64,000 nucleotides of DNA, taken from assembly GCA_965203485.1 (NCBI GenBank), contig OZ241892.1, forward strand, positions 928,001 to 992,000. The letters run 5' to 3'. Numbering within the stretch: the first letter of the stretch is position 1; each line of letters opens with the position of its first letter. The stretch is from Longimicrobiales bacterium (GTDB taxonomy: Bacteria; Gemmatimonadota; Gemmatimonadetes; Longimicrobiales; Gaopeijiaceae). Below, piece after piece: positions 1 to 10,650 of this stretch. The position numbers were made by a program, and so were the translations under genes. Under the pieces are notes generated by a model that saw only the letters and a program-made list of their open reading frames with translations, had not been told where the DNA came from and did not search any database.

Positions 1-1045
1 CGGCGCCCTCGAGGAAGCGGAGCTGATGGCCGGAGCAAGCGTGGACCGCGTCTACGTGGGCGTCTCTGGCGACCACGTGGACGCTCATCGTTCGGTCGGC
101 GTGGTCGCCGTCTCCGCCAAGGAGATCGTGCTTCGCGACGTCGATCGCGTGCACGAGGTGGCGCGAGCGGTGCCGATGACCCGCGACCGGGAGCTGCTGC
201 ACGCCATTCCCCAGGACTACGCAGTGGACCGGCAGCGCGGCGTCACCGATCCCGTCGGCATGTCCGGCACGCGCCTCGAGACGGACCTCTGCCTCGTCAC
301 CGCTTCGGCCAGCGTCGTCGAGAACATCACGCGGGCGGTCGAGAAGGCGGGCTACCGGGTGCAGGACCACATCCTGGAGCCGCTGGCGTCGGCCCGCGCC
401 GTCCTCGCCGAGGACGAGAAGGAACTCGGCGTGGCCATGATCGACCTGGGCGACGCCGCGACCGGCTTCACCGTCTACTTCGAGGGCAAGATACGCGACC
501 TGCGCGTGCTCCCGGTGGGCGGGGCGACCCTGACCAGCGATCTCATTCGCGGCCTGTCGATCCCGTTCGCCGAAGCGAAGCGCGTCAAGGAAATGCACGG
601 CGCTGCCCTGTGCGAGGTCGTGGACCCGGTCGAGACGATCGAGTTGCCCGGTGCGAACGGAGACCGGCGCGCCGTGTCCCGGCGCTCGGTCGCCGAGATC
701 ATGCAGGAACGGATCGAGAACGTCTTCCAGCACCTGCGCCAGCGCATCCAGGGCCTCCATCCCGAAGTCTGCCTGAGCGCCGGCATCGTCATCGTGGGCA
801 AGGGAGCGGCGATTCCGGGAATCACCGACTTGGCCCGCAAGCGCTTGGCGTCGCCGGCCCGCGTCGGGACCGCCCGGGAGGGTCTGTCGGGGCTGGTGGA
901 CGCTGTAGCCAAGCCCGACTTCGCGGCCGCCGCCGGACTCGCGCTGCTCGGCGCGGACTACTTCATGGAAACCGGAGAGGGAGCGTCGACGGCCGCGTCG
1001 GGAGTCGCCACCCGCGTGGCCGCCTGGCTCAAGGAGTTCTTCTGA
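1..1045 (+). CDS. ftsA: Cell division protein FtsA (5' end outside the window)
   Basis: FtsA motifs (HAIPQDYAVD..V.DPVGMSG.RLE, LEPLASARAVL..DEKELGV..IDLG, WLKEFF C-terminal helix); directly upstream of ftsZ. Confidence 0.96.
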   Translation, partial: GALEEAELMAGASVDRVYVGVSGDHVDAHRSVGVVAVSAKEIVLRDVDRVHEVARAVPMTRDRELLHAIPQDYAVDRQRGVTDPVGMSGTRLETDLCLVTASASVVENITRAVEKAGYRVQDHILEPLASARAVLAEDEKELGVAMIDLGDAATGFTVYFEGKIRDLRVLPVGGATLTSDLIRGLSIPFAEAKRVKEMHGAALCEVVDPVETIELPGANGDRRAVSRRSVAEIMQERIENVFQHLRQRIQGLHPEVCLSAGIVIVGKGAAIPGITDLARKRLASPARVGTAREGLSGLVDAVAKPDFAAAAGLALLGADYFMETGEGASTAASGVATRVAAWLKEFF

Positions 1046-1101
1046 TGCAGCGGAGCCGTTCACGGAACCGGGACGGAAAGTCCCACAAAGGAGAAGAGCA
1101 G

Positions 1102-2571
1102 ATGATCTTCGAACTGGACGAAGCGCCCCGCACAAGCGCGCTGATGCGCGTCATCGGCGTGGGCGGAGCCGGCGGCAACGCCGTCAACCGAATGATCGAC
1201 GAGGACTTGGAGGGCGTCGAGTTCATATCGGCGAACACGGACGCCCAGGCCCTGAGCCAGTCCAAGGCGTCGAAGCGCATCCAGCTCGGCAAGCGGCTGA
1301 CGCGCGGCCTCGGGGCAGGGGCCCGGCCGGGCGTCGGACGCCAAGCCATCGCCGAGGACGCGGACGAGGTGCGCGGAATCCTCGACGGCTCCGACCTCGT
1401 GTTCATCGCCGCCGGCATGGGGGGCGGCACCGGGACGGGCGCCGCGCCGGTAATCGGCGAGATGGCGCGCGAACTCGGCGCGCTGGCCGTGGCCGTTGTG
1501 ACGCGTCCGTTCTCCTTCGAGGGGAAGAAGCGCATGCGGCAGGCCGAGCAAGGGCTCGCGGAACTGGCCCGCGCGGTCGATACTATGATCGTCGTGCCCA
1601 ACGACCGGCTGCTGGCGGTCACGGGCAAGGGCATGTCGTTCGGTGACGCGCTCAAGAAGGCCGACGAAGTGCTGCTTCACGCCACGCAAGGCATCAGCGA
1701 CCTCATCCGCGTGAGCGGCGACGTGAACGTGGACTTCGCGGACGTGCGCACGGTCATGTCGTCCTGCGGGGCGGCTCTGATGGGCACGGGCACCGGGAAA
1801 GGGGAGGCGAGGGCGGTCAAGGCCGCGCAGGACGCCGTGACGTCGCCCTTGTTGGACAACGTCTCGATCCTGGGAGCGAAGGGAGTGCTGATCAACATCA
1901 CCGGCGGCTCCGACCTGGCCATCGGCGAGGTCACCGAGATCTCGACGATGATCCAGGAGGCGGCGGGCGAGGAGGCGGAGATCATCTTCGGCGCGGTCCA
2001 GGACTCGGCGATGGAAGGCGAAGTCAGGGTGACGCTCATCGCAACCGGCTTCGAGGCCGAGGCCGAGCCGGGACTGGATGTCGCGCCGGCCGCCGTTCCC
2101 GAGCCCGGCCGCCGGTTCGGCCAGCCGGGGGGCCCCGTCGCCGAGCGCCGCCGGCCGTTCGGCCACTCCGGCGCGCAGGACGGCCCCCGGTTGCCGCTCG
2201 GCGGCGCCGCAGGCGCGACGGGCATCGGCCGGGCGGCGCCGGAGTCCTCGCGGCAACCGGCCTTGGGCCGTCCCGGCGGCCTGGCCGACCGCTCGAGCTT
2301 CGGCCCGGCCGGCGGCGCAGGCGGCCGTCCGGGCCTCGGCCAACTGGCGGCCCAGGCAGTCCCGGCGGGCGCCCAGGGCCGGTTTCTGCCGGGCGGCTCG
2401 GCCGGCGAGAACGGCCGGGCGGTCCGGAGCGAGGCGAACGGCGCGGGAGCCGCGCTCCGCGTCGGGCACGACCCGGCAACCGCCTCGGACTCCTCGTCGT
2501 ACGCCCGCCCGGCGATCTCGCCCGTCCTGGACCTCGAACTGCCCACGTTCATCAAGAGGATCAGCGTCTGA
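1102..2571 (+). CDS. ftsZ: Cell division protein FtsZ with a long C-terminal linker
   Basis: VIGVGGAGGNAVN and GMGGGTGTG tubulin signature, NVDFADV, C-terminal DLELPTFIKR; SD aaggagaag before ATG 1102. Confidence 0.98.
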   Translation: MIFELDEAPRTSALMRVIGVGGAGGNAVNRMIDEDLEGVEFISANTDAQALSQSKASKRIQLGKRLTRGLGAGARPGVGRQAIAEDADEVRGILDGSDLVFIAAGMGGGTGTGAAPVIGEMARELGALAVAVVTRPFSFEGKKRMRQAEQGLAELARAVDTMIVVPNDRLLAVTGKGMSFGDALKKADEVLLHATQGISDLIRVSGDVNVDFADVRTVMSSCGAALMGTGTGKGEARAVKAAQDAVTSPLLDNVSILGAKGVLINITGGSDLAIGEVTEISTMIQEAAGEEAEIIFGAVQDSAMEGEVRVTLIATGFEAEAEPGLDVAPAAVPEPGRRFGQPGGPVAERRRPFGHSGAQDGPRLPLGGAAGATGIGRAAPESSRQPALGRPGGLADRSSFGPAGGAGGRPGLGQLAAQAVPAGAQGRFLPGGSAGENGRAVRSEANGAGAALRVGHDPATASDSSSYARPAISPVLDLELPTFIKRISV

Positions 2572-2600
2572 ACGTCCCCGGAAGCCGCCCCTCGGTCCCG

Positions 2601-3941
2601 TTGCCGTCCAGGCGTCCGCCGCCGTCCATGGACCAGCGCCCGAGCGTCCCCGCGCACCGGCGCGCCGCCTTTGGACGCGCGCTCGCCGGGCTTCTCGTCG
2701 CGGCCGCCGGGGCTCTCTCGTGCGGCGAGTCCGTTCCCTTCGCGGGCGAGCTGCCCCTCGTGGAGGCCCGCCCGCCGGAACGCGTGGACGCTCGCTCGCT
2801 CGCGGCGGGTTCGACGTTGGGCGCCCTGTTGGAGACGGCGGGCCTCCAACGCCGGGACCACGACAACGTCCTGCTGGCATTTTCCGAGTTTGCGGACCCG
2901 CGCAGACTGCGGCCCGGCGTTGCCGTGCGCGTCCTTTGGCGGGGCGTGCCCGAGACGCTGGCCGGCGTGGACGTGGCGGTTGACCGCGACCGCACCGTGG
3001 TGCTTCGGCGCGACGGGCCCGCTTGGTCGGCTCTCGAAGCGGTCGCGCCCGTCTTCACCGACACCTTGTCCGCGACGGGCGTCATCGAGACCATGCTCTG
3101 GTCGGCGGTCGTGGAGCTGGACGCGCTGGCCGGGATGCCCCGGTCGGACCGGGAGCGGATTCTCCACGGGCTCGACCAGGTGTTTCAGTGGCAGGTGGAC
3201 TTCTCGCGCCAGATCCGCGTCGGCGACTCGTTTCGCTTCGTGCTGGAGCGGCAGGTGCGCGAAGACGGCAGCATGCGTTCCGGACGGCTGCTGGCCGCGG
3301 AGCTGGTCAACGAGGGGCGCGCGCACCACGCCGTCTGGTTCGATCCCAACGGAGACGGCGACGGCACGTGGTACGACATGGAGGGCCGCTCCGTGCGCCG
3401 GGCCTTTCTTCGCAAGCCGCTGGACTTCAGGCGCATCTCTTCGCGCTTTTCGCCGTCCCGGCGGCATCCCGTGCTCGGCACGTGGCGCGCGCACCGAGGC
3501 GTCGACTACGCGGCCGACGCGGGCACGCCCGTCATGACGACCGGCGCCGGCGTCGTCGTCCGCCGCGGCTGGAGCGACACGTACGGCCGGGTTCTCGACG
3601 TCCGCCACCCCAACGGGTTTCTCACGCGCTACGCGCACCTGCGCAGCTTCAGGCGCGGTCTCGCGGTCGGCTCGCGGGTAACGCAAGGCCAGGTCGTCGG
3701 CTACGTCGGCATGTCCGGCCTGGCGACCGGCCCGCATCTGCACTACGAGATGCATGCGGCCGGCCGGCCGGTGGACCCGCTGGCGATCGAACTGCCCGCC
3801 GGCGACCCCGTCCCCAGCGAGAACCGGGCGCAGTGGGAGCGCGAGAGCGGCGCGCGCCTTGCGATGCTGTTCGGGTTGCCCGGCCCGGAAGCGTGGACCG
3901 CCGGGCGCACCGGCGCCGGGGCGGACGGCCCCGGATCCTGA
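2601..3941 (+). CDS. M23 family peptidoglycan DD-endopeptidase (MepM-like); start could be ATG 2628
   Basis: HRGVDYAA, YAHL and TGPHLHYE zinc motifs; N-terminal hydrophobic segment ending ALSC. Confidence 0.92.
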   Translation: MPSRRPPPSMDQRPSVPAHRRAAFGRALAGLLVAAAGALSCGESVPFAGELPLVEARPPERVDARSLAAGSTLGALLETAGLQRRDHDNVLLAFSEFADPRRLRPGVAVRVLWRGVPETLAGVDVAVDRDRTVVLRRDGPAWSALEAVAPVFTDTLSATGVIETMLWSAVVELDALAGMPRSDRERILHGLDQVFQWQVDFSRQIRVGDSFRFVLERQVREDGSMRSGRLLAAELVNEGRAHHAVWFDPNGDGDGTWYDMEGRSVRRAFLRKPLDFRRISSRFSPSRRHPVLGTWRAHRGVDYAADAGTPVMTTGAGVVVRRGWSDTYGRVLDVRHPNGFLTRYAHLRSFRRGLAVGSRVTQGQVVGYVGMSGLATGPHLHYEMHAAGRPVDPLAIELPAGDPVPSENRAQWERESGARLAMLFGLPGPEAWTAGRTGAGADGPGS

Positions 3942-3972
3942 CGGCGGGGATCCGCGGGTTGCGGCTTCCGCG

Positions 3973-6123
3973 GTGACGGTCGCCCTGGTCGTCCTGGCCC
4001 TCGCCGCCGGCCTCGCCGTCTGGGTGTACTTCCGCTTGGAGTTCGCCTCGCCCGGACGGCCGTTTCTCCTGGCCGCCCGGCTGGCCGCGCTGGCGGGGCT
4101 GGCCGCGATCCTCTGGAATCCCGACGTGGCGGACTGGAGCGAGCGCGGCCGGCCGCCTCGCTACGTGCTGCTCGACGCCAGTCTCTCGATGACGGCCACG
4201 GGACGCGACGGCGCCGCGCTTTGGGACGGCGCAGCGGCGCGAGCCGAGGCGTTGGCGGCGGAGGGCGCGCGGGTCTTGCTGGCCGGCACGGGCGGCGCTG
4301 GCGGCGACTCGCTTCGCTCGGTGTCCCCGGACGCCACGGAGTCGCGCTTGTCGGCGGCGTTCTCGGTGGCCGCCGAGGCGGGCGCCGGCGAGGTCGTGCT
4401 GCTGACGGACCGCCGCGTGCAGGATCCGGTCGCCCTCGCCGCCGCGGCGCGCAGGCTGGGCGTGGGACTGTCGGTGGACACCGCCTGGGCGCCGGACGCG
4501 GCCGCGCCGAACCTGGGCGTGTCGCGATTGCTCGTGCCGCCGGCGTCGGGCAGTTCGTCGCCGCTGGCCGGCCGGGTGGGCGTGGAAGGGGACTGGGGCG
4601 CGGACTCGGTCTCCGTGCTGGTGTCGGTCGACGGCGTCGTCCGCGAAGTTCTCCGGCTGGGCGGCTTCCCCGGCTGGGGCGCCCGCGTCGCCGACTTCGT
4701 CGTCGCCCCGCCGATCGCTCCGGGCCCCCGGCGCGTCTCGGCCACCATCGTTCGCGGGGACGGCGCGGGTCCGGTCCCGGCCTCGCCCGGCGCCGGACCT
4801 GCCCCGGCCGAGTTCGCGGACGCCTTCCCGCTGGACGACGAGCGCGTGGCGATCGTGCGCATCGACTCCGACGAGACCGGCGTTCTCCTGGTCGCGCTGG
4901 CGCCCGATTGGGAAGCCCGCTTCCTGTTGCCGGTTCTCGAGCAGGCGACAGGGCTTCCGGTCCGGGGATACCTGCGCACGGGCCCGGACCGCTTTCATCC
5001 GATGGTCTCTCCGACGGCCGCCGCCGCCGAAGAGGAAGTTGGCGCCGCGGCGCTGGCGGACATGGTTCGGCAGGCGCGCCTGGTCGTCGCGCTGGGCGCC
5101 CGCGCGTCCGGCCCCGACGCGGTGGGCGACGCGATCGCCGGCGCAGACCGAAAGATCGTCTTCGCCGCCGATGCCGCCGCCGCCGGGTTGGCGAACGCGA
5201 CCCGCCCCCTCCGGGGCGAGTGGTACGCGGAGGCGGCTTCGCCCTCTCCCTTGGCGGGCGACTTGGCGGGCGTGTCTTGGCGCGGACTGCCGCCGCTCGC
5301 GAGGCTGCTGCCGGCCGGACAAGGACCGCGGCGCGCGGCGCTGGCCGCGCGGCGGAACGGCGGCGCCGAAGCGCATGCCGCCGTCGTGCTGGACGAGACC
5401 GGCGAGCGGCGCGTGGCCACAGCCCTTGCCGGCGGCTTCTGGCGCTGGGCGGCGCGAGGAGGCCGTCCTCGCGAAGCGTACCGCCGGTTGTGGGCCGCGG
5501 TCGGGGGCTGGACGATGGCCGGCGGTCCGCCGCCGCCCGCCTCCGGCACTCGCCCTGCGGACGACGTCGCGGAGCGGGGCGCGCCGGTGCGCTGGCTCAC
5601 GGCCGGCGAGGCGGGCGACTCGCTTCGCCTGACCATCGCGCGCAACTCCGGCCCGCGCGCCGCCGCCGCGCCGCCGCCCGCCGCCCGCGACGCCGGACCC
5701 GCCGCCGAACCGCAAGCGTCCTCTGCCGCCGCCCCGGCTCGAGCCGAGTCGCCGCCGGTTGCGCCCGTCCCCGCCGCCGCACCGCCGCCGCCTCCCTTCG
5801 CCGCCGCCGCCCCAGCGCTCGACACGGCGCTCGCGCTCCCGGTTCCCGGCGCCGCCTTCGCCACGCCGAGCCTGCCGCCCGGCACGTACCGGTACCGCGC
5901 CTCGTCCTCCTCCGGCACGACCGAGGGAACCTTCGAGGTCGCGGCCTTCACCGCGGAGATGCTGCGACCCGCCGTCGCGCCGTCCGTGCTCTCGGCGCCC
6001 TCCGCGGACGGCGGCGCCGGACGTTCCCGCCGCCCGCTTCGGACTTCGTCGCTTCCCTATCTTCTGGTCCTCGCGGCCCTCTGCGCCGAGTGGGTCGGAC
6101 GGAGGCGCGCCGGGCTGCGGTAG
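3973..6123 (+). CDS. Membrane-anchored hypothetical protein with a vWA-like LLDASLSM motif
   Basis: Two N-terminal TM segments, DxSxSM motif, C-terminal TM ending EWVGRRRAGLR; GTG start chosen after the M23 stop. Confidence 0.7.
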   Translation: MTVALVVLALAAGLAVWVYFRLEFASPGRPFLLAARLAALAGLAAILWNPDVADWSERGRPPRYVLLDASLSMTATGRDGAALWDGAAARAEALAAEGARVLLAGTGGAGGDSLRSVSPDATESRLSAAFSVAAEAGAGEVVLLTDRRVQDPVALAAAARRLGVGLSVDTAWAPDAAAPNLGVSRLLVPPASGSSSPLAGRVGVEGDWGADSVSVLVSVDGVVREVLRLGGFPGWGARVADFVVAPPIAPGPRRVSATIVRGDGAGPVPASPGAGPAPAEFADAFPLDDERVAIVRIDSDETGVLLVALAPDWEARFLLPVLEQATGLPVRGYLRTGPDRFHPMVSPTAAAAEEEVGAAALADMVRQARLVVALGARASGPDAVGDAIAGADRKIVFAADAAAAGLANATRPLRGEWYAEAASPSPLAGDLAGVSWRGLPPLARLLPAGQGPRRAALAARRNGGAEAHAAVVLDETGERRVATALAGGFWRWAARGGRPREAYRRLWAAVGGWTMAGGPPPPASGTRPADDVAERGAPVRWLTAGEAGDSLRLTIARNSGPRAAAAPPPAARDAGPAAEPQASSAAAPARAESPPVAPVPAAAPPPPPFAAAAPALDTALALPVPGAAFATPSLPPGTYRYRASSSSGTTEGTFEVAAFTAEMLRPAVAPSVLSAPSADGGAGRSRRPLRTSSLPYLLVLAALCAEWVGRRRAGLR

Positions 6124-6180
6124 GACGCCGCCGCGCCGCCGCCGCGGTCCCGACGCACTCCCGCCGAGGCATCCGTCCCC

Positions 6181-7077
6181 ATGCGCGCCCTTCGCAGCGA
6201 GAAGAACGGCCGCCAGCGGTTGCGCCGCTTGCTGGCGAAGGCGCTGGCGCCCGTCTTTCGGCGCGCCGACGAAGCCGGCCTGGACGAAGTCGAGGAGCGG
6301 CTGATCATGGCCGACTTCGGGGCCGAGGCCGCCGCTCGGTGCATCGCCGCGGCGGAGGCCGGCGCCAAGAGGGGCGCGGGCGTGGCCGAGTCCGTGGGTC
6401 GCGAGATCCGAGCCGTCCTGGGCGACGGCCCGCGACGGGAACTGGCGGTCGCCCCGCAACCCCCGTCCGTCTACCTCTTGGCGGGCGTCAACGGGGCGGG
6501 CAAGACGACGACGGCCGGCAAGCTCGCGGGCCGCTTGGCAACCGGGGGCCGCGCCGTCGTCCTTGCGGCGGCCGACACCTATCGCGCGGGCGCGGTCGAG
6601 CAGCTGCGGCGGTGGGCGGAGCGCGCGGGCGCGGACTTCGTGCGCGGCCAGCCGGGCGGCGACCCCGCCGCGGTCGCCTTCGACGCGGTAGCGGCGGCCA
6701 AGGCCCGCGCCGCCGACGTGGTGCTCTTGGACACGGCCGGCCGCCTCCACACCGACGACGGCCTTATGGCGGAACTCGCCAAGATCGCGCGAGTCGCGGG
6801 AAGGCAGAGCGCCGGCGCTCCGCACGAGACGCTCCTCGTCCTGGACGCGGCATCCGGGCAGAACAGCTTGGCCCAGGCCCGGGCCTTCTCGCGGGCGGCG
6901 CCGGTCAGCGGCGTGGTCCTGGCGAAGATGGACTCGACCGCGCGCGGGGGCATCGTCGTCGCCCTGAAGCAGGAGCTGGGACTGGACGTCCGCTTCGTCG
7001 GCGTCGGCGAGGCCATCGGCGACCTGGAGCACTTCAACCCCGATTCCTTCGTGCACGGCGTGCTCGCGGCCTCGTGA
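6181..7077 (+). CDS. ftsY: SRP receptor FtsY
   Basis: GVNGAGKTTT, DTYRAGA.EQL, DTAGR, KMDSTARGG, GVGE motifs. Confidence 0.96.
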   Translation: MRALRSEKNGRQRLRRLLAKALAPVFRRADEAGLDEVEERLIMADFGAEAAARCIAAAEAGAKRGAGVAESVGREIRAVLGDGPRRELAVAPQPPSVYLLAGVNGAGKTTTAGKLAGRLATGGRAVVLAAADTYRAGAVEQLRRWAERAGADFVRGQPGGDPAAVAFDAVAAAKARAADVVLLDTAGRLHTDDGLMAELAKIARVAGRQSAGAPHETLLVLDAASGQNSLAQARAFSRAAPVSGVVLAKMDSTARGGIVVALKQELGLDVRFVGVGEAIGDLEHFNPDSFVHGVLAAS

Positions 7078-9182
7078 GCGACTCGCCGCCCGCGGCCGGC
7101 CCGCCCCCCCTCGGCCCGCTCGACAAGCCCGTCGCGTTCCTCAAGGGCGTGGGGCCGCGCTGGGCGGAGCTGCTCGGACGCATGGGCATCCTGTCGGCCC
7201 GCGATCTCCTCTACCACACGCCGCGAGCCTACGACGACGCCTCGACCGTCACGCCGGCCGCCCTCGCCGCCGTCGGCGCCGACGTCGCCGTCCTCGGCAC
7301 GGTTCGCGACACCGGCGTCGTCCCCACGCGATCCGGCCTCAAGATCGCGCAGGCCGTCGTCGAGGACGACAGCGGCGCCGTCACGTGCTCGTGGCCCGGA
7401 CAGCCCTGGGTGCTCCGCCAGCTCAAGCGGGGCGACCGAATCCTCGTGCGCGGCCCGGTGAAGTTCTTCCACGGCCGCCAGATCCAGCCGCGGGAATACG
7501 CCGTGCTCGCCCGAAGCGGCGCCGGCGACCGCGAGGGCAGGGTCTTCGTGGTCTACCCCGCGTCCGAAGACGTGCCCCAGTGGTTCCTTCGCCGCGTCGT
7601 CGCGCGCAATCTCGACTGGCTCGTCCAGCAGGCGCGCGAGGAGGAGTTTCTCGACGCGGACGCCCGCGACGCCCTCGGCCTTGTGGCGTCGGCGGACGCC
7701 CTCGAGGCCCTCCATCGCCCCCGCGCCCTGGAAGACGCGTCCCCCGCCGGTCCCGCCTGCCGCCGTCTCGCCTTCGACGAGTTCTTCTTCCTTCAGCTCC
7801 TCCAGGCGCGCGCGCGGCATGCGGCCACGCGGTCCCGGCCCGGCATCGCCTTCCGCCGAACCGACGCGCTCGTCGAACCGCTCTACCGGTCGCTTTCCTT
7901 CAAGCTCACGGGCGCCCAGGTGCGCGTCCTGCGCGAGATCATGGCCGACATGACGTCGCCCAGGCGAATGAACCGAATGCTCCAGGGCGACGTCGGCTCG
8001 GGCAAGACCGTCGTGGCCCTCTTCGCCATGCTCGTCGCCGTGGAGGCGGGCTGGCAGGCCGCGCTCATGGCCCCCACCGAGATCCTCGCGGAGCAGCATG
8101 CCCGCAGCATCGCCGGCATGACCGAACGCCTCCCGGTGGAGCTGGCCGTCCTCACCGGCTCGGCCGCCGGCCGCCGCCGGGAGGAGCTGCGCGCCCGCGT
8201 CGCGTCGGGCGGCGCGCAACTGGTCGTGGGCACACACGCGCTCATCCAGGAAGGCGTCGAGTTCGGTCGGCTCGGCCTCGTGGTCGTGGACGAACAGCAC
8301 CGCTTCGGGGTTCGCCAGCGCAGGGCCCTGGCCCGCCGCGACCCGTGGCCCGACATGCTGGTCATGTCGGCCACGCCGATTCCCCGATCGCTGTCCATGG
8401 CCCTCTACGGCGACGTGGACATGAGCGTGATCGACGAGCTGCCCGCCGGCCGCCGGCCCGTCGCCACCCGGCTCGCGCGTCCCTCGGAGCGCGGCGACGT
8501 CATGGCCGAGGTCGGACGCGCGGTGGACGCCGGCGGCCAAGCGTACCTGGTGTATCCGGCGATCGAGGAATCCGAGGCGGGCGATCTTCGGTCGGCCGAG
8601 GCCGAGTTCGAGCGGCTGAAGGAGGGCGACTTGGCGGGCCGCAGGCTGGCGCTCCTCCACGGACGCGTTCCCGGTCCGGAGAAGGACGAAGTCATGCGCG
8701 GCTTCCTGGCGGGCCGCATCGACGTGCTCGTCGCCACCACGGTGGTGGAAGTCGGCATCGACGTGCCCGCCGCGACCATCATGGTGGTCGAGAACGCCGA
8801 GCGCTTCGGCCTCTCTCAGCTCCACCAGCTGCGTGGAAGAGTGGGGCGGGGGAGCCGTCCGGGCACGTGCGTTCTGATCTCCGAGGCGGCCGACGCACGC
8901 TTGGCCGTGCTGGCGCGCACCAACGACGGCTTCGAAGTTGCCGCCGAAGACCTCCGCCTCCGCGGCCAAGGCGACCTCTTCGGCGCCGAGCAGCACGGCC
9001 ACGGCGCCAAGTTCAAGTTTGCCAGGCTCTTCGAGGATCGCGACCTTCTCCAGCTCGCCCACGAGCGCGCCCGCGGCATCGTGGACGCGGACCCCTCGCT
9101 GTCGCGGCCGCGCCACGAAGCCCTTCGCACCGGTCTGCAGCGCCGCTTTCGCGAGAAGGCCGAGCTGTTCGGCGTGGGGTGA
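7074..9182 (+). CDS. recG: ATP-dependent DNA helicase RecG
   Basis: LQGDVGSGKT, MAPTEILAEQH, DEQHRFGV, MSATPIPR, QLRGRVGRG; GTG overlaps the ftsY stop (GTGA). Confidence 0.97.
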   Translation: MSDSPPAAGPPPLGPLDKPVAFLKGVGPRWAELLGRMGILSARDLLYHTPRAYDDASTVTPAALAAVGADVAVLGTVRDTGVVPTRSGLKIAQAVVEDDSGAVTCSWPGQPWVLRQLKRGDRILVRGPVKFFHGRQIQPREYAVLARSGAGDREGRVFVVYPASEDVPQWFLRRVVARNLDWLVQQAREEEFLDADARDALGLVASADALEALHRPRALEDASPAGPACRRLAFDEFFFLQLLQARARHAATRSRPGIAFRRTDALVEPLYRSLSFKLTGAQVRVLREIMADMTSPRRMNRMLQGDVGSGKTVVALFAMLVAVEAGWQAALMAPTEILAEQHARSIAGMTERLPVELAVLTGSAAGRRREELRARVASGGAQLVVGTHALIQEGVEFGRLGLVVVDEQHRFGVRQRRALARRDPWPDMLVMSATPIPRSLSMALYGDVDMSVIDELPAGRRPVATRLARPSERGDVMAEVGRAVDAGGQAYLVYPAIEESEAGDLRSAEAEFERLKEGDLAGRRLALLHGRVPGPEKDEVMRGFLAGRIDVLVATTVVEVGIDVPAATIMVVENAERFGLSQLHQLRGRVGRGSRPGTCVLISEAADARLAVLARTNDGFEVAAEDLRLRGQGDLFGAEQHGHGAKFKFARLFEDRDLLQLAHERARGIVDADPSLSRPRHEALRTGLQRRFREKAELFGVG

Positions 9183-9266
9183 CCGTCCCGGACGCCCGCC
9201 GTCCGCCGCCCGCGTCCGGCCCCGTTGCTGGCCCGCCGGCGTTTCGCCGCATTATCGTTTCGGCGC

Positions 9267-10640
9267 ATGACTCCTCCTTCCGACTCGAGCGGTTCCCGGC
9301 CGGACCCCGGCTCGTCCGCCGCCCGGCGCCCCGGCGAACCTCCGGCCCCCGCCGCGCGCCTCGTCAAGGACCTCGCCTCGGCGGAGAACGGCTTGGCGGC
9401 CGTTTCCGGCTGGGTCGAGACCGTGCGCGCCCACAAGAACGTGACGTTCGTGGTCCTGCGCGACGGCACGGGGATCATGCAGGCCGTGGTCGGCCGCCGC
9501 GACGTCCCGCCCGAGACGTGGGAGCGCGCGGCCGCGCTCGCCCAAGAGACCTGCGTGACCCTGGCCGGAACGATCCGAGCCGATCCTCGTTCGCCCGGCG
9601 GCTTCGAGATGGGCGTGTCGGCGGTCGAGGTGATCGGCGAGAGCGAAGAGTATCCCCTGCAGCCCAAGGAGCACGGCGTCGAGTTTCTGCTCGACCATCG
9701 CCACCTCTGGCTGCGGTCCAGCCGGCAGCGGGCCGGACTGCGGATTCGGGCCGAAGTCGAGCAGGCGATTCACGACTTCCTGTACCAGCGCGACTTCGTC
9801 CGGGTGGACACGCCCGTCCTCACGGGCGCCATCGGCGAGTCCGCCGGCGCCCTCTTCGAGACGGACTACTTCGGACGGCCCGCGTTCCTTGCCCAGACGG
9901 GACAGCTGTACGTCGAGACCGCTTGTCCGGCGTTCCGGAAGGTCTATTGCTTCGGCCCCACCTTTCGCGCGGAAAAGTCCAAGACCCGCCGCCACTTGAC
10001 CGAGTTCTGGATGGTGGAGCCCGAAGTCGCCTTCGCCGACTCGAACGACAACATGGTCCTCCAGGAGGAGTTCGTCGCCCACTTCGTCCGGCGCGTCCTG
10101 GACCGGTGCGCGGACGAGCTGGCCGTGCTGGAGCGCGACACGGCTCCCCTGGAAGCCGTCGTTCCCCCGTTTCCGCGCATCAGCTACGACGAAGCCGTGG
10201 AGCGGCTCGCCGCCGAGGGACATGCCTTCGAATGGGGCGCCGACCTGGGCGCGCCCGAGGAGGCCCGAATCTCGGGCTGGTTCGACAAGCCGGTCTTCGT
10301 CCACGACTACCCCAAGGCCGCCAAGGCGTTCTACATGAAGGAGAATCCCGCGGACCCGCGCAAGGCGCTGTGCAACGACCTGCTCGCTCCGGACGGCTTC
10401 GGCGAAATCGTCGGCGGCAGCCAGCGCGAGGACGACCACGACCGCCTCTTGGCCCGCATTCGCGAAGAGGGGCTTCCCGAGGAGGCGTACGGCTGGTACC
10501 TCGACATCCGCAAGTTCGGCGCCTTCCCGCACTCCGGCTTCGGACTCGGACTCGAACGCGCGGTGGCGTGGATCGCGGGCCGCCGCCACATCCGCGAGGT
10601 GGTTCCGTACCCGAGGATGATCAACCGGCTGGCGCCGTGA
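9267..10640 (+). CDS. asnS: Asparagine--tRNA ligase
   Basis: LRDGTG OB fold, EYPLQPKEHG, FGPTFRAEKSKTRRHLTEFWM, PHSGFGLGLER; start could be 9225. Confidence 0.95.
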   Translation: MTPPSDSSGSRPDPGSSAARRPGEPPAPAARLVKDLASAENGLAAVSGWVETVRAHKNVTFVVLRDGTGIMQAVVGRRDVPPETWERAAALAQETCVTLAGTIRADPRSPGGFEMGVSAVEVIGESEEYPLQPKEHGVEFLLDHRHLWLRSSRQRAGLRIRAEVEQAIHDFLYQRDFVRVDTPVLTGAIGESAGALFETDYFGRPAFLAQTGQLYVETACPAFRKVYCFGPTFRAEKSKTRRHLTEFWMVEPEVAFADSNDNMVLQEEFVAHFVRRVLDRCADELAVLERDTAPLEAVVPPFPRISYDEAVERLAAEGHAFEWGADLGAPEEARISGWFDKPVFVHDYPKAAKAFYMKENPADPRKALCNDLLAPDGFGEIVGGSQREDDHDRLLARIREEGLPEEAYGWYLDIRKFGAFPHSGFGLGLERAVAWIAGRRHIREVVPYPRMINRLAP

Positions 10641-10650
10641 CGCGCTAGCC

